A stretch of DNA of 64,000 nt from Plasmodiophora brassicae (taxonomy: Eukaryota): contig CP145418.1 in the NCBI GenBank assembly GCA_036867785.1, forward strand, positions 1,116,001-1,180,000. The letters run 5' to 3'. Under the pieces are notes generated by a model. The model had not been told where the DNA came from, ran no database searches, and saw nothing but the letters and a program-made list of their open reading frames with translations. Positions 12,727 through 25,451 of this stretch are shown piece by piece (the stretch's first letter is position 1; each line of letters starts with the position of its first letter). Both the position numbers and the translations under genes were made by a program.

Positions 12727-13416
12727 TTATTCGGCATCGGCAGTGAGTTGCTCGGCATTGCCATCGGGGGCTGTGCCCAGTTCGGGCTCCGCCACCTCCG
12801 CTGTGGAAGGTCCCTGCTCGGGGGCGCTGCGTGACGTGGCCTGGGCGTCGTTCATGTCGCCGTCAACTTCGGATGGCGCGGACTCGATGCGTTCGCTGCC
12901 AAATTCTTCGTCGTCCTCTGGGATGGTGCTCATCTGGGCGAAGTCCTCTGGAGGGGCGCGTTCGTTGCTGCGGACCCGATCATCGATGTCATCGTGCACG
13001 GTGACCTTTTCGGCCCGTTGCCGGACGAAATCGTATTGGACAGCGGTGACTGCCACGACGTAGATAGTGGCGGTGATGCACGCAATGAAAATAAAGCAGG
13101 CTAACCCGGTGACCACAATGCCTGCAAAGTGATGACAGAACGCGTGCAGATCCGATGCCCAAGTGCGCCTCGCGTGTGATGACCAGGCGGCCAGCGCAGC
13201 GGCGACCGCCAGCGCTACCGTGATCGCCAGCAGCAACCGGTCCCACAAGATCACGTTGAGGACAACGACCCCAAGGGTAACCAGGACCTCCAGCACCGTG
13301 GGCCGCCGTGGAGCCAGCCGATCCACCAGCGCCGAATCGAACCTGTTCATATCGACCTGATGGTGATCCTGGGGCATTCCGCGCCTGGCACTCGGCGGGC
13401 TCGCTTCGGCATACAT
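12727..13416 (-). CDS. Hypothetical membrane protein (~3 TM) with acidic low-complexity C-terminus
   Basis: Open frame with hydrophobic segments followed by an E/D/P-rich tail; start codon uncertain. Confidence 0.6.
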   Translation of the reverse strand: MYAEASPPSARRGMPQDHHQVDMNRFDSALVDRLAPRRPTVLEVLVTLGVVVLNVILWDRLLLAITVALAVAAALAAWSSHARRTWASDLHAFCHHFAGIVVTGLACFIFIACITATIYVVAVTAVQYDFVRQRAEKVTVHDDIDDRVRSNERAPPEDFAQMSTIPEDDEEFGSERIESAPSEVDGDMNDAQATSRSAPEQGPSTAEVAEPELGTAPDGNAEQLTADAE

Positions 13417-13693
13417 TGCAGGGTGGGCTTGGATGTAGAACTGCTTCTGGGTTCGATATCGAATTAGAATATGCCCCGTCCTCCACCACCGCGTTCCGGT
13501 AACCACGGCTCGCTGCGGTCACCACACATCACCGTTACGTTCCCAAACGAGATGCCGATTGACATCAGGTCAGTCGACCTCGCAATCTTTTATTGCCAAC
13601 CGGATTACCCCGACTACGCGTGCGGAGAATGTTCGCCCCTCTCCACGACTGGGGTGCTATGCAGCTTTCAAAAGTGCGTCGAGTCGGCCACCG

Positions 13694-14290
13694 ATGAGTG
13701 ACGTGGAGCGTCAGGAGGAAGCGGGCCTGCAGGTTGACGACATGGCGGCGTCGCCGCCCGATAAAGGGCGCCCTCATCACCGCCGTGTGTTCGTGTTCGT
13801 GTCGCCGGACTACGACCACGAGCCATCGCTGTTGGCGTGGGAATGGGCACAGGCGAACGTGATCCGCGACGGCGACCTTGTCGCGGTGGTGACGGTGGTG
13901 CCACGGCCGCCCGGCAGCACCGTCGTCCCGGCCGTGGGTATGCTCGGAGCGGCGTCGCTGGCGTTCGAGCTGGACGCCTTGCAAGAGCAGCGCCGCATCC
14001 AGCTGGCGGACGCTCGTAAGACGCTGGCCCGGTACGCGGAAAGCGTCACTCCGCGCGGATGGCGCCTGGAGACGCGCGCCATCGAGCAGGCCGATTTGAG
14101 CATCCCAGAGACCATCGTCGCCTGGAGCACGAAACACCACGCCGACGAAGGCGTCGTCGGCACGCGCAACCTGTCCGGGTTCAAACGCACGCTCATGGCC
14201 CTGGTCGGCAAGGGCAGCGTCTCGAACCAGCTCGCCCAGCACATGCCGTGCCCGATCGTGATCGTCAAGCCTCAGCCCGCGTCCGTGTAG
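13694..14290 (+). CDS. Universal stress protein A-like domain protein, intronless
   Basis: AWEWAQANVIRDGDLVAVVTV, VVGTRNLSGFKRTL..GSVSNQLAQHMPCPIVIVK match the USP signature. Confidence 0.88.
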   Translation: MSDVERQEEAGLQVDDMAASPPDKGRPHHRRVFVFVSPDYDHEPSLLAWEWAQANVIRDGDLVAVVTVVPRPPGSTVVPAVGMLGAASLAFELDALQEQRRIQLADARKTLARYAESVTPRGWRLETRAIEQADLSIPETIVAWSTKHHADEGVVGTRNLSGFKRTLMALVGKGSVSNQLAQHMPCPIVIVKPQPASV

Positions 14291-14390
14291 CGAGTCGGGC
14301 GACGTGGCGAATACAGGGACGCAATTCGAAGCGCCGCGTGACGACTTTGGCGCGGCTGCGCGATACGCCGTTGGGCGCGTGCGTCGATCG

Positions 14391-16002
<1,612 letters not shown>

Positions 16003-16021
16003 TATAAATGGCCCGCCCGTG

Positions 16022-16765
16022 TCATTCTAACGCCTTCACCCTTCTGGCCTGCAGGTTCTCGTTCGTTGACCTTATAGGGTCGATAATGATGTCCACCCCG
16101 TTTTGCCTCCTGTGCGGGACATTGGTTGACGAAGAGGTGTCGGAGCTCTCCTCTGAGGAGGTGAGGGCGCTGTTGCCGACGTTTGGCTTGAGGATGATTG
16201 TATGTCGCCCAGCACGTGTGTGTGTGTGTGTGTGTAAGTTGGTCGTTACTATTGTTGGCATGCAAGATGAGACTTTCCCAGTCGATTGCGTCTACGTTGG
16301 CAATGGCAATCCATCGAGCAATTTCTGCGCCTTCCTCACCTGCCTGAAACAGTAACCAATGCACTGTACCGAAACGTAGATGGGCCATCCTCCGATCCTT
16401 CGTGTTTATTCGGTTAGCATGTCATGCATGACCTGGGCGACCCAGGTGGCGAGGACCGCGTCGATGACAGTGGCCAGGAGGCGCCAGTTCGTATCCAGTG
16501 TCGACAGCGTGATCGGGTAGGCGGCCGCCGAGAAGAGCAGCATTGTGGACAACAGCCACGTCTGGTACCGGAACGGCCGGTAGACGATGCTGAGCGTGCC
16601 GGCGACGATGACTGTGGACTGGATGACGCTGGCGACCAGGAACAGGATCTGGATTGGCAGCCGTATCGGCAGCGGATGATCCTCCAGCATCACCACCACT
16701 TTAATGTACGACAATGCCAGCACGTTCTCGAAGCACACAGGTTGGCGCAGTGCCGCCTTCTCGAA
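16022..16765 (-). pseudogene. 5'-truncated multi-TM membrane protein gene fragment
   Basis: Hydrophobic helices (IQILFLVASVIQSTVIVAGTLSIVY; WLLSTMLLFSAAAYPI; LLATVIDAVLATWV); the frame runs into the DHPS-duplication breakpoint at 16766. 3' boundary uncertain. Confidence 0.5.
16216..16235. repeat. (GT)10 microsatellite
   Basis: Direct reading of gtgtgtgtgtgtgtgtgtgt. Confidence 0.9.
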
Positions 16766-17275
16766 CTCATATCATCAATGACGACAGCGGTGGTCGCGTC
16801 GACCCCCACATGTTCATGACGGTTGCTGAGCTTGCCGTACCCTACGTGTGCATGCATAGTCATGAGGGTTCACCAAGGATGTCTGATGTTGTTGCTGATG
16901 TCCATAACGAGATGGATTCCCGAATTCGGGCAGCACTCGACACCGGCGCGTTTCAGTATACCGTAACGCCATTGCCGATCCTGGAGTCGGATTCGCTAAG
17001 TGCAGGACGTCGAGTTGCTGCGCGCGCCCTCGGTAATTGGGACTTCTCGTAAGTGATTCCTGATTGGCGAGATTACGGGCCGATCTGCTCCCGACCGAGA
17101 CTGGGCAACGGCGGCGACCTTGACAGCGGCCATTGCAAGCGGATTCGACGTTGTACGGATCCATAACGTCGCCGCTGCCTCCGATGTCTGCAGAGTATCC
17201 GACTCGGTCAGGTGGGACGATCACGGTCGTGCCGTCTCGGCGTATTCGCAGATGCAACGAGAAAGCGCACCTGCT
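16766..17275 (+). pseudogene. Degenerate duplicate of the 3' half of the DHPS coding sequence
   Basis: Highly similar to 15449-15995 (HIINDDSGG.., MFMTVAELAVPYVCMHS, AIASGFDVVRIHNV) but with deletions, frameshifts and no 5' half. Confidence 0.9.
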
Positions 17276-17913
17276 CAAGACCTTGGCCTGCAGGTTCTCG
17301 TTCGTTGACCGTATAGGGCCGATGATTACGTGCACCCCGTTTTGTTTCCTGGGCGGGACATTTGACAAAGAGAAGACGTTTAAACACTACATCGCAAGTC
17401 ACAGTTTCTATGCAGTGGTAGGTTGTGCTGTGGACCCACAGTCTACGCATTAGCGACATGCTGTCAGAGCTCTTCTCTGAGGAGGTGAGAGCGCTGCTGC
17501 CGACGTTTGGCTCGAAAATGATGGGATCGCCGCCCAATGTGCAGGACGAGGCCTTTCCGGTCGAATGTGTCTACGTCGGCAAAGCGCAATCGATCAGGTC
17601 GTCATTACCGACTACAGAGGTTTTCTCAAAGTCGTTTGGCCGCGCTTCCCCGTCGCGTTCACCTGCGAGACCGGAGCGTCAAATGCCTTGTTTCCGTGTA
17701 TTTCTGTGATCAGTAGCCGGAGGTAGCAGTGGCTGGACTGCCTTTCGTGAAGGTATCGCGTATCGTTGTGCCATTCGACTTGCGGTTGTCCTGGAATCTA
17801 TTCCGTTCTCTTCTGGATCCAGTACGTAGGCATCCCGGCATTCCAAAATGTTCGATGTGAAGTTTTGCAATTCTTTGGCGTGGTCGACACACACGGTCCG
17901 GCGTATCAACCGC

Positions 17914-18291
17914 TCCTACAATGGCTGAAACAACCTTTCCAGGTTCCAGATGACGTATACGCAAAACGGTACCTGCTTTCTAAAGGCATTCCCCTGTCCG
18001 AATCGCCATTCTGGCCTGGTTTCATTGGCTTATCGTACCTGCTTCAGACGGACTTCTCGTACTCGAAAGCGACTGGTCAACTCGCAAGTGACTGGTCAAT
18101 TCTCTATTTTCTCCTAATAGAGAATTGGTCAGTCACTTTCGAGTACGACAAGTCCGTCTGAAGCAGGTACGACAAGCCAATGAAACCAGGCCAGAATGGC
18201 GATTCGGACAGGGGAATGCCTTTAGAAAGCAGGTACCGTTTTGCGTATACGTCATCTGGAACCTGGAAAGGTTGTTTCAGCCATTGTAGGA
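17914..18291. repeat. Long near-perfect inverted repeat (palindrome), ~175-195 bp arms, 7-nt spacer at 18109-18115
   Basis: tcctacaatggctgaaacaacctttccagg... at 17914 is the reverse complement of ...cctggaaaggttgtttcagccattgtagga ending at 18291; centre ttctctatt-ttctcct-aatagagaa. Confidence 0.95.
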
Positions 18292-19160
18292 CCCATGTGA
18301 TCTCGCAGTACGTCAGGGCGCCGATCGACCATGTAAGTTCTGAACGCAGTGACCATCGCCGACGGGACTGCAGGCTGCGATTCGATGTCAGCCTTGAGTT
18401 CTGCTTGCAGATCCGGGAACAGATCCGATAAGAAGGTCAGGGAGCCTGGAGATGCACGTCCTTCACCTCGATCACCACACGACATGGCATTCACCCTCGA
18501 CCGATCTCCACGGTGCAGTCCGCAGAACGTTCGCGAACTGCGTGTCGTAATAGCCCACAGGCCTATTGAGCCACCGCGCCCGTCCAGCACCCGTTGGCCT
18601 GGGTGGATATCCACACGCACGCAACCCACCTGTTTGTTAAACGTCACCCGTATTCGCCCATCACGTGGTATACCGGAAGGCACCCGCCCGTATCAAGAGT
18701 ACAGGTTTTATTCGAAATTTCTACTGCGAGACTACCTATGTAGCCTGAGTGAAGGAAAGGATGTCATCACCAGCAATACTAACTTTAAATTGCGCCCGCC
18801 GTTTGCTCAAGACATTGCTCGCGTCCGAGAAGTGCATTCCGACACCGCGACAACGTCAGCCATGTTCTCGATGCGCACAGGTTGGCGTAGCGCCGCCTTC
18901 TCGAACATCTTGGCAGGGGTGTCCCGCTTTGCTTTCAGCAAGCAGGCTACCATTTGGAGAAGTTCAGCTGCGATGGGCCGGCGGTTTCGGTTGCCAGCCT
19001 GGAGCATGGAACGGCGCTCCAGCGATGGACAGGGCTTGCCCTTTGCCCCTTTCCAACATGATATCACAGTTCCGGACGCTGGCGCAACAGGAGAGGTAAG
19101 TCATCGTCGATACCTACTCGTATTCGACACACAAACAGATATCCTTGCGTTCCATGGCGA

Positions 19161-21043
19161 CCTTCATTGCCCTGGTTAACCATGTCTCCATTGACAGTGT
19201 TCATCCACTGGCGAATTCGGAAGACTTTTCGTTTTCAACGCGCGTCGTCGTGCTCGTGTCAGAAGGCGTCTTGTCGCGATGCGTTGCCACCCGTGGGCAG
19301 TCCTAGATGTCCCTGTTCCAAAACCGAATTCTGCTGTCGTCCCCGTTAACTACCTGCGGCGGGTGACTATGTTCGGCAGATTGTCGCCATTTAGCTCACT
19401 GAGACCTGCTATGGGCGCTGTAACTACCCACGGTAACTTCTGCTTGTAACGTAGGTTACCCCTTCACCTCGTCCCTTCTCCCACCATGTTGCATGCTTCT
19501 GCAATAAGGACAATATAGCACACGGGGCACGGGTGAACGTGATTTAACGATCGCCTAACGCTATTGCTAGACACCAATCCTCATCAGCAGTGTCTCAAGG
19601 AAGACTCAATAACAGTGTGACGGTTGACGCCAAAGGCCACCTTGTGCCGTGCCTGGCCCACTGGCGAAGCTGAATGGCGAACAGCCGTGCGAACCTCGTC
19701 CGGCCACCTCCCAGGCAATCCGGCACCATGTTTCGGGGCAGTGTCGGATCAGGCACAGCAATCAACAGACATACACTGATGGTGTTCCCGAACTGTGCCT
19801 ACCGCCCAATGACGGCGACGGGGAGGCGGCGCCAACAGGAACCTGTTGCCAAAAGCGTGTGCAGTTCCGACTTGGGGCGGAGCCGTCAGAAATTAATTGG
19901 GGTGTGTCGGGGTTGGCGATGGGGAAGAAGGCGAACGGCGGTGGTCGTTGTCGCGGACGCAAGGTGAATGGCAGCACCGGCTTATGCCTGCTCAGAGGGT
20001 TTACGTACGCGTCCCTGCGTCGGATGAAGGCCGTCGACGACGCCATCCACCAAGACATCGCGGCGTTCGTCCACGCGTTTGACGGTAACGATGAAACTTC
20101 CAGCCTGCGAATAACGAGGAGCTCAGGGCTGGGGAAGCTAGCACTTGTAAGTGCGGTATTGGAACCTTGACCGGCTTCGTCTGATGTTGAAGGCCAAGGT
20201 TCTACGGATATTGACCAATCAAGGGAATGCGACCGTTGACGTTGGGAAAACAATAGAAATCTGTCTTCAAGCCATTGACGTGTGCTGTGTTTCCCCCAGC
20301 AACCTCATCGACCGTAGGTGCGCGCGTCACGTGGCGTTTGCCCTTTACGGATGCCGATTTCTTTCAGGTTCCGCTATCGAATTGCTTGCAAACAAGTACA
20401 TCGGCCTGCTGCTGCGCTTGCTGCATGCACGTATTACACCATGGCGGCTGTTTTGCAGAATTGCTGAAACGGCATCAGCGCTGGTACGATAGTCCGTTTA
20501 TATACGTACGTTGTATGAACTCACAATGACGATCAGGTGGATCGTGTTTGCCTGCACTATGGAAACGACTCCCAGCTTGAAACTCTTCTGGCACCGGCCA
20601 TTGACGAGAAGAAAGCGTACCTTGGCTCCTCTTGTATCATCTCTGGTGGCTCTCGATGACGGGATTGTTGCAGGTACGCCCTTGGCGAATTGGTAGGGTG
20701 CTGCGGTAATGGGTTAATTCAGGGGAATATAGTTGAGGTAGGCATGAGAGGACATTTCCCCTGCAGGTGGAGGCTAAGGCTTCTGCCAGATGGCTTCCAT
20801 CGCGATACGTGGTCTAAACGGTATCGGGAAACGTGATGCTGCTTTACGATTCAGTAGATCGTTCTGCCGAGGTCTCATCAGCAAACCAGAAGTTGTCGCA
20901 CCCCATGCCGACATGCTCGTCTCGTTATCACTTGGGAATGATGTGGAATCCTCTGTCGACAGCTGCTCTTCGTCGGTAGTCTTCCGAATTCGCCAGTGGA
21001 TGAACACTGTCAATGGAGACAGGGTTAACCAAGGCCACGAAGG
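19161..21043. repeat. Pair of 66-bp inverted repeats (19161-19226 and 20978-21043) bracketing ~1.75 kb
   Basis: ggttaaccatgtctccattgacagtgttcatccactggcgaattcggaagact versus agtcttccgaattcgccagtggatgaacactgtcaatggagacagggttaacc. Confidence 0.9.
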
Positions 21044-22224
21044 GTTACACATTCGATGTCATTGTGGATATCCGTTCCTCACGATATTGATATGCAGTGT
21101 CGTATCTTTTCGCGCCAAGAAAGTGCTAATTGGGAACGACGACAAAGACTGTCCAAGTTGGGTCGACTTTAACCGGACCTGCATAGTTATCAACGGCGTA
21201 AGATGGCAACCCGAAAAGGGTTGGCTGATACTCTAAACAGCTGGTGGTAGTCAGACACATTGTGCATCGCAATCGAGTACAACGATATCGTGCAAGCTCA
21301 AGGCATGTAGATGGATAAGAGCACTCTTTGAAGTTCTTCTACTTACACATGACACCGTTTAGGCAAAGGAAGCGCATCAACGGTTTGTCTCAATGTGCGC
21401 TCCGCTACAGACCTACTTGAAGAGTCATGTTTCCATGGGCCGCAAGACGTTCGGCTTGAGTTCCAGCGATCAGGTACTCTATTTCCCCCTACTCAGTGGC
21501 CACAACGGTATGATGACAAAATATCGACAGACTTCAAAGCAGTTGGCAGCGCTCTTCGCAGGGCCAACGTGCACTGCATTGCCGTTTCGGATTCTGAACA
21601 CACCGCGAGGAGCACAGGGAAATGTGGAGTACATCCGCTGGGTTCTCGAAAAGCCTCGATCGCTTTCTCTAACGACGTACTCGAATACTTTCTCAACAGC
21701 GACCCTCTTCGAATGGCGAAAAGCCAGCAAGACGCACGTGGACTTCAAGAAAACGGCGGTCTGCCATTAGACAGTGCTGCGAGCTGGTGTACCGCCGGGA
21801 CCCCTGAAATGCTTGACAACAAGGCGTATTCTCCTAAACGTTGCAAGGGCGACGTGGCGGCCGCCATTGGCGAGTGCCAAGAGCGTCTGAAGCGGATATG
21901 GTCGGTTGTTGCGTTGTCGTGAATATTCTTATCTGTGTCCTTGACTGTACTGTAGCACGGAACAATGTAATGCCCTAGATCGTGAAGGAGCTGTTTCAAG
22001 GAAACGAGTGGAGACACTGTGGCAGTCCCTACTGAAAAAGCACCAAGGTATACAGAGTGTTGCGACCGTTTCGCTGCTTCGTTCTGAACGCATCGCGACC
22101 TAGACGACATGTTGGACTTTATTGATGAGGCTATCCGACAACTGGAGGATAAACTGCTGGCGACGCCCCTCTAACATTCTTCATCCGGAATAAATACTCA
22201 AGTACAAAGCGACATGTAAGCGCG

Positions 22225-24489
22225 TTACGAGGATGCGTTGCCAGGATACAACAGCCCAAGGCAGTACGATGCAAGCTCGCGAACACGCCCGTCTGGATCG
22301 CCCTGGCATGCATTAGCCAACCAGGACACAACCTCGGATCGATGTACGCGTGCCTCGTCGAGCAGCAACGTCGGCTGCTGCACAGAAAGCGCCCGTGACA
22401 ACGCGAACAGTGCACTGGACCGGACAACAGAGTTGGCATTGCGGGCAGCCCACAAGGCCACTTTGATGACAGTAACGGCCATATCATTCGACTGGACACA
22501 GTTGCCAGCACATTCGATGATGGTGCCCACAACGTTGAGAAGACGAGCAAGGACAACAGTATCCTCTGTTTCCATCCGAAACTGGAGCGCGTCTCCCGCG
22601 TCAATGCGCAGTAGAAGCGGGTACAGGAACGACGCAGCAGCAATTGGCCCGAAACGAGACGCGTACGTTGATATATCTTTCCTTGCCAGTGATGTTGTTC
22701 CCCACCGTCTCGTGTGGCTTTCTATTCGGGCCACCACGGTAGGTGGTGTCTCTCGAAGCCGCTCAATGGGTAGCAAAAGCGAATTCCGCCGGTGCCGGTC
22801 GTCGGCATCAGTTGCCGATGTGGACGACAGAGACCGTGCGCCGTCAGCAAGGACGTCAAGAGCGACGAGACGATCGCTAATCGTATAGTTGTCGGCGTAG
22901 AACGCATCAGCCAAGGATGGTGCAACCAGTTCTGGTGCACAAATAAGCACAGCAACTAGAGCGTCGTGTCGATGCTCAGCGAAATCCGGCGTCGAGAATT
23001 GATCTTGAAGATGCAGTAGGCGCATGGCAAGTGGAACAGCGATCGGTTCCAAATCCAGTCGCGTCGTACGACGAACAACGTCCGGCGTTGCACGAAGCGC
23101 TGCCTCAATGTAATCCCGACTGCCTTCGACGCGCTTCCCAAGGTAACTGTAGCATTCCCGTACAAAGCGCGGCAGACGAACGGCCTCGTTTCCGACAGGT
23201 TGCACAACAGTCACCTGATGTGGCGAGGAGAAGCCTTTGTCATCAGCGAGCAAATCGCCCTTGGTCCACACAGGGCCACTGCCAGGGCAACCTGTTGAAA
23301 CCTCTGCCCGTACGTCATCAGGACGAGTAGCGCCATCGCGTGGTGTTTCGGTATCGGATTCAACAACCTGAAGGTCGAGACCAAGTCCGGCGACGTATTC
23401 TGCGAACAAAGCGCGTTCGTCTAGGGTGCCACGATCAAACGCTAGAGGCGGAGCATCACCACCGGCCGGTACCATGCGCCTAGCAAATTGCTCGGCGACA
23501 CGCATACCCATGCACCGAACAACCGCGGATGGATGGCTTAAACGGGTCCGCACCCCGGTCATGATAAAGCCATTCGCAGACATGTCTGATTCACCATCCC
23601 CAATCGCCGACAATAGTACTAGCGCCTGTGATACCGACATCTGCTGCGCCACAGACGTCTGACGCAAGAAGGCATCACTGGACCAGGCTTCAGCTACCTT
23701 GGCGAACGACTGAGTGGAAAGCCCCCGATCTCGCACATGATCGACGACAACTCGTATCTCGCGTTTCGACAGGACCTTCCTGAGCAGCAGAGATTCAACG
23801 ACGTCTGCGTCACCGGCGGCAATGCCGAAAAGGCGACAAGCTCGATTAGCGTCGTACAGCAAGGATACGTGCCTAACGGCAACACGAGCATCGATAACCG
23901 ACCAGAGTGTGTCGATACGGCCAGAATCCAGAAGAGCCGAAGCGACCATGTCAGCATGGCCGATCCGGGACAGCTTGGCGATTAGAATCGACGCCATCTG
24001 GGACGGTGGTTCGCCGTTCCTCATGACAGCGGCGACAAGCCTCGGGAACAGATCGACGATACGGATCGACGTTGGGCAACGATCGGGCAAGGAAGCGAGC
24101 GCGTTGACGACGAGATGCACGACGGGCAGGTCGACATGGGAGTTAATGAGGTGCTGGAGGAACGCGTCGGTGCAGACCGCTCTGAAGATCGTCGATGCGA
24201 ACGCAGCAACATCCTCCCCATGAGATTTGGTCATTCGTGATGACACCGAGATGATGACCTGCGCTGGCGGCGCATTGACAAACAGCGGACCGACGAGGTC
24301 AGCGTGGCCCGCGCCATTGTCGAGTACGGCAGGAGCCAGCAGCGACGTGAACTGGCGCCCTTGGTACAGTCGCGGTCCGAGCACGATGAGACCGTCCACT
24401 GATTCGGCCAGCAGCGGCACGTCCAGTGGTCGGCGCCGCAGGACGCTGATGCAGGCACGGATGCGCTGCAGAGCTTCCGGATCGCCCAT
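22225..24489 (-). CDS. TEL2: Telomere length regulation protein TEL2/TELO2 (TTT complex), intronless 754 aa
   Basis: VRCMGMRVAE, PRFVREC, IEAALRATPDVVRR, LAMRLLHLQDQF..FAEHRHDALVAV..FYADNYTISDRLVALDVLADGARSL, TRRWG, SRFGPIAAASFLYPLL, WLANACQGDPDGRVRELA. Confidence 0.88.
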   Translation of the reverse strand: MGDPEALQRIRACISVLRRRPLDVPLLAESVDGLIVLGPRLYQGRQFTSLLAPAVLDNGAGHADLVGPLFVNAPPAQVIISVSSRMTKSHGEDVAAFASTIFRAVCTDAFLQHLINSHVDLPVVHLVVNALASLPDRCPTSIRIVDLFPRLVAAVMRNGEPPSQMASILIAKLSRIGHADMVASALLDSGRIDTLWSVIDARVAVRHVSLLYDANRACRLFGIAAGDADVVESLLLRKVLSKREIRVVVDHVRDRGLSTQSFAKVAEAWSSDAFLRQTSVAQQMSVSQALVLLSAIGDGESDMSANGFIMTGVRTRLSHPSAVVRCMGMRVAEQFARRMVPAGGDAPPLAFDRGTLDERALFAEYVAGLGLDLQVVESDTETPRDGATRPDDVRAEVSTGCPGSGPVWTKGDLLADDKGFSSPHQVTVVQPVGNEAVRLPRFVRECYSYLGKRVEGSRDYIEAALRATPDVVRRTTRLDLEPIAVPLAMRLLHLQDQFSTPDFAEHRHDALVAVLICAPELVAPSLADAFYADNYTISDRLVALDVLADGARSLSSTSATDADDRHRRNSLLLPIERLRETPPTVVARIESHTRRWGTTSLARKDISTYASRFGPIAAASFLYPLLLRIDAGDALQFRMETEDTVVLARLLNVVGTIIECAGNCVQSNDMAVTVIKVALWAARNANSVVRSSALFALSRALSVQQPTLLLDEARVHRSEVVSWLANACQGDPDGRVRELASYCLGLLYPGNASS

Positions 24490-25451
24490 GACTGCCGAAC
24501 GCGCAACGTTGCGCGCGCAACTACCGTACCTACCTCAGGAAGCCAGTTTCATACGAGCGGCACCGTATGTCCCCATCTGTCCGATACATGAAACGACCTG
24601 CGGACATGGACAACTATCGACTCCAATGCAGGCATTGGGGGCACACTACAGTTCGAGAGCGGCTGAACATGTGGGAAGGTCGACCGCTGGGCACGTATGA
24701 CCACGTATCGACGGTCGAGCTACTTGTTTACAGTTTCTGAAGAATTTGCACGCAAACCTTTCAGAGGGATCGGCAGTACTGCGCCTTCGTTACAAACGTC
24801 TCAGACGCACACTGAAGACGTCGAACTTCATGTACGACGATCGCCCACACATATGTTGCTGAAGTATAACGATTCCGTGCTAACACTGCCCCTCCCAATA
24901 TACAGATGAGAATGGATCCGATGACACCGAGTGTCGCGCGCAAACATCTAGACCTTTCACCCAAGTGCAGGTTTCGATGCACACTAATGGCAGAATTCCG
25001 ACGCTGACAGTTCTCCAGAAACAGTGCGAGGGTCTCTACATAATGCATAACCTTTACGACGCTGCTAGACTATATGGTCTGCAATACGCATTACGTACGG
25101 TGTTCAGGCCGCCCTTAGTAAAATAACCGCATAACCGCTGGACGGATGGCAAGATGGCCGATGGCCACCAGTGTTCGCTGGACAGAGGCCAGGGAAGGGG
25201 CGTCGGTACGGAGCGACTCTCGCGGACTATTATCAGGTAGCCCTGCGGATTTGCGCAGTCCGTCACGGGCTCACGGCGATTTCCTGCATCGCTCTCGGGG
25301 CCGTTCAGTCCACAAGCGGTCTCCCAGGTCAAACGGGGTATACACCGCCTGCGTAATGGTGTCAGGGGATCGCGAGTCGGCGAAAGATACGTCAAATCCG
25401 TCTGTTACTGTTGAACTAGACCACCCCGCCTCGCAGCCCGGCAATCATGAT

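Noticed and set aside
18349-19179. 276-aa + strand ORF
   Set aside because: Composition is not protein-like, it lies in the rearranged island, and the detectable homology there translates sensibly on the opposite strand.
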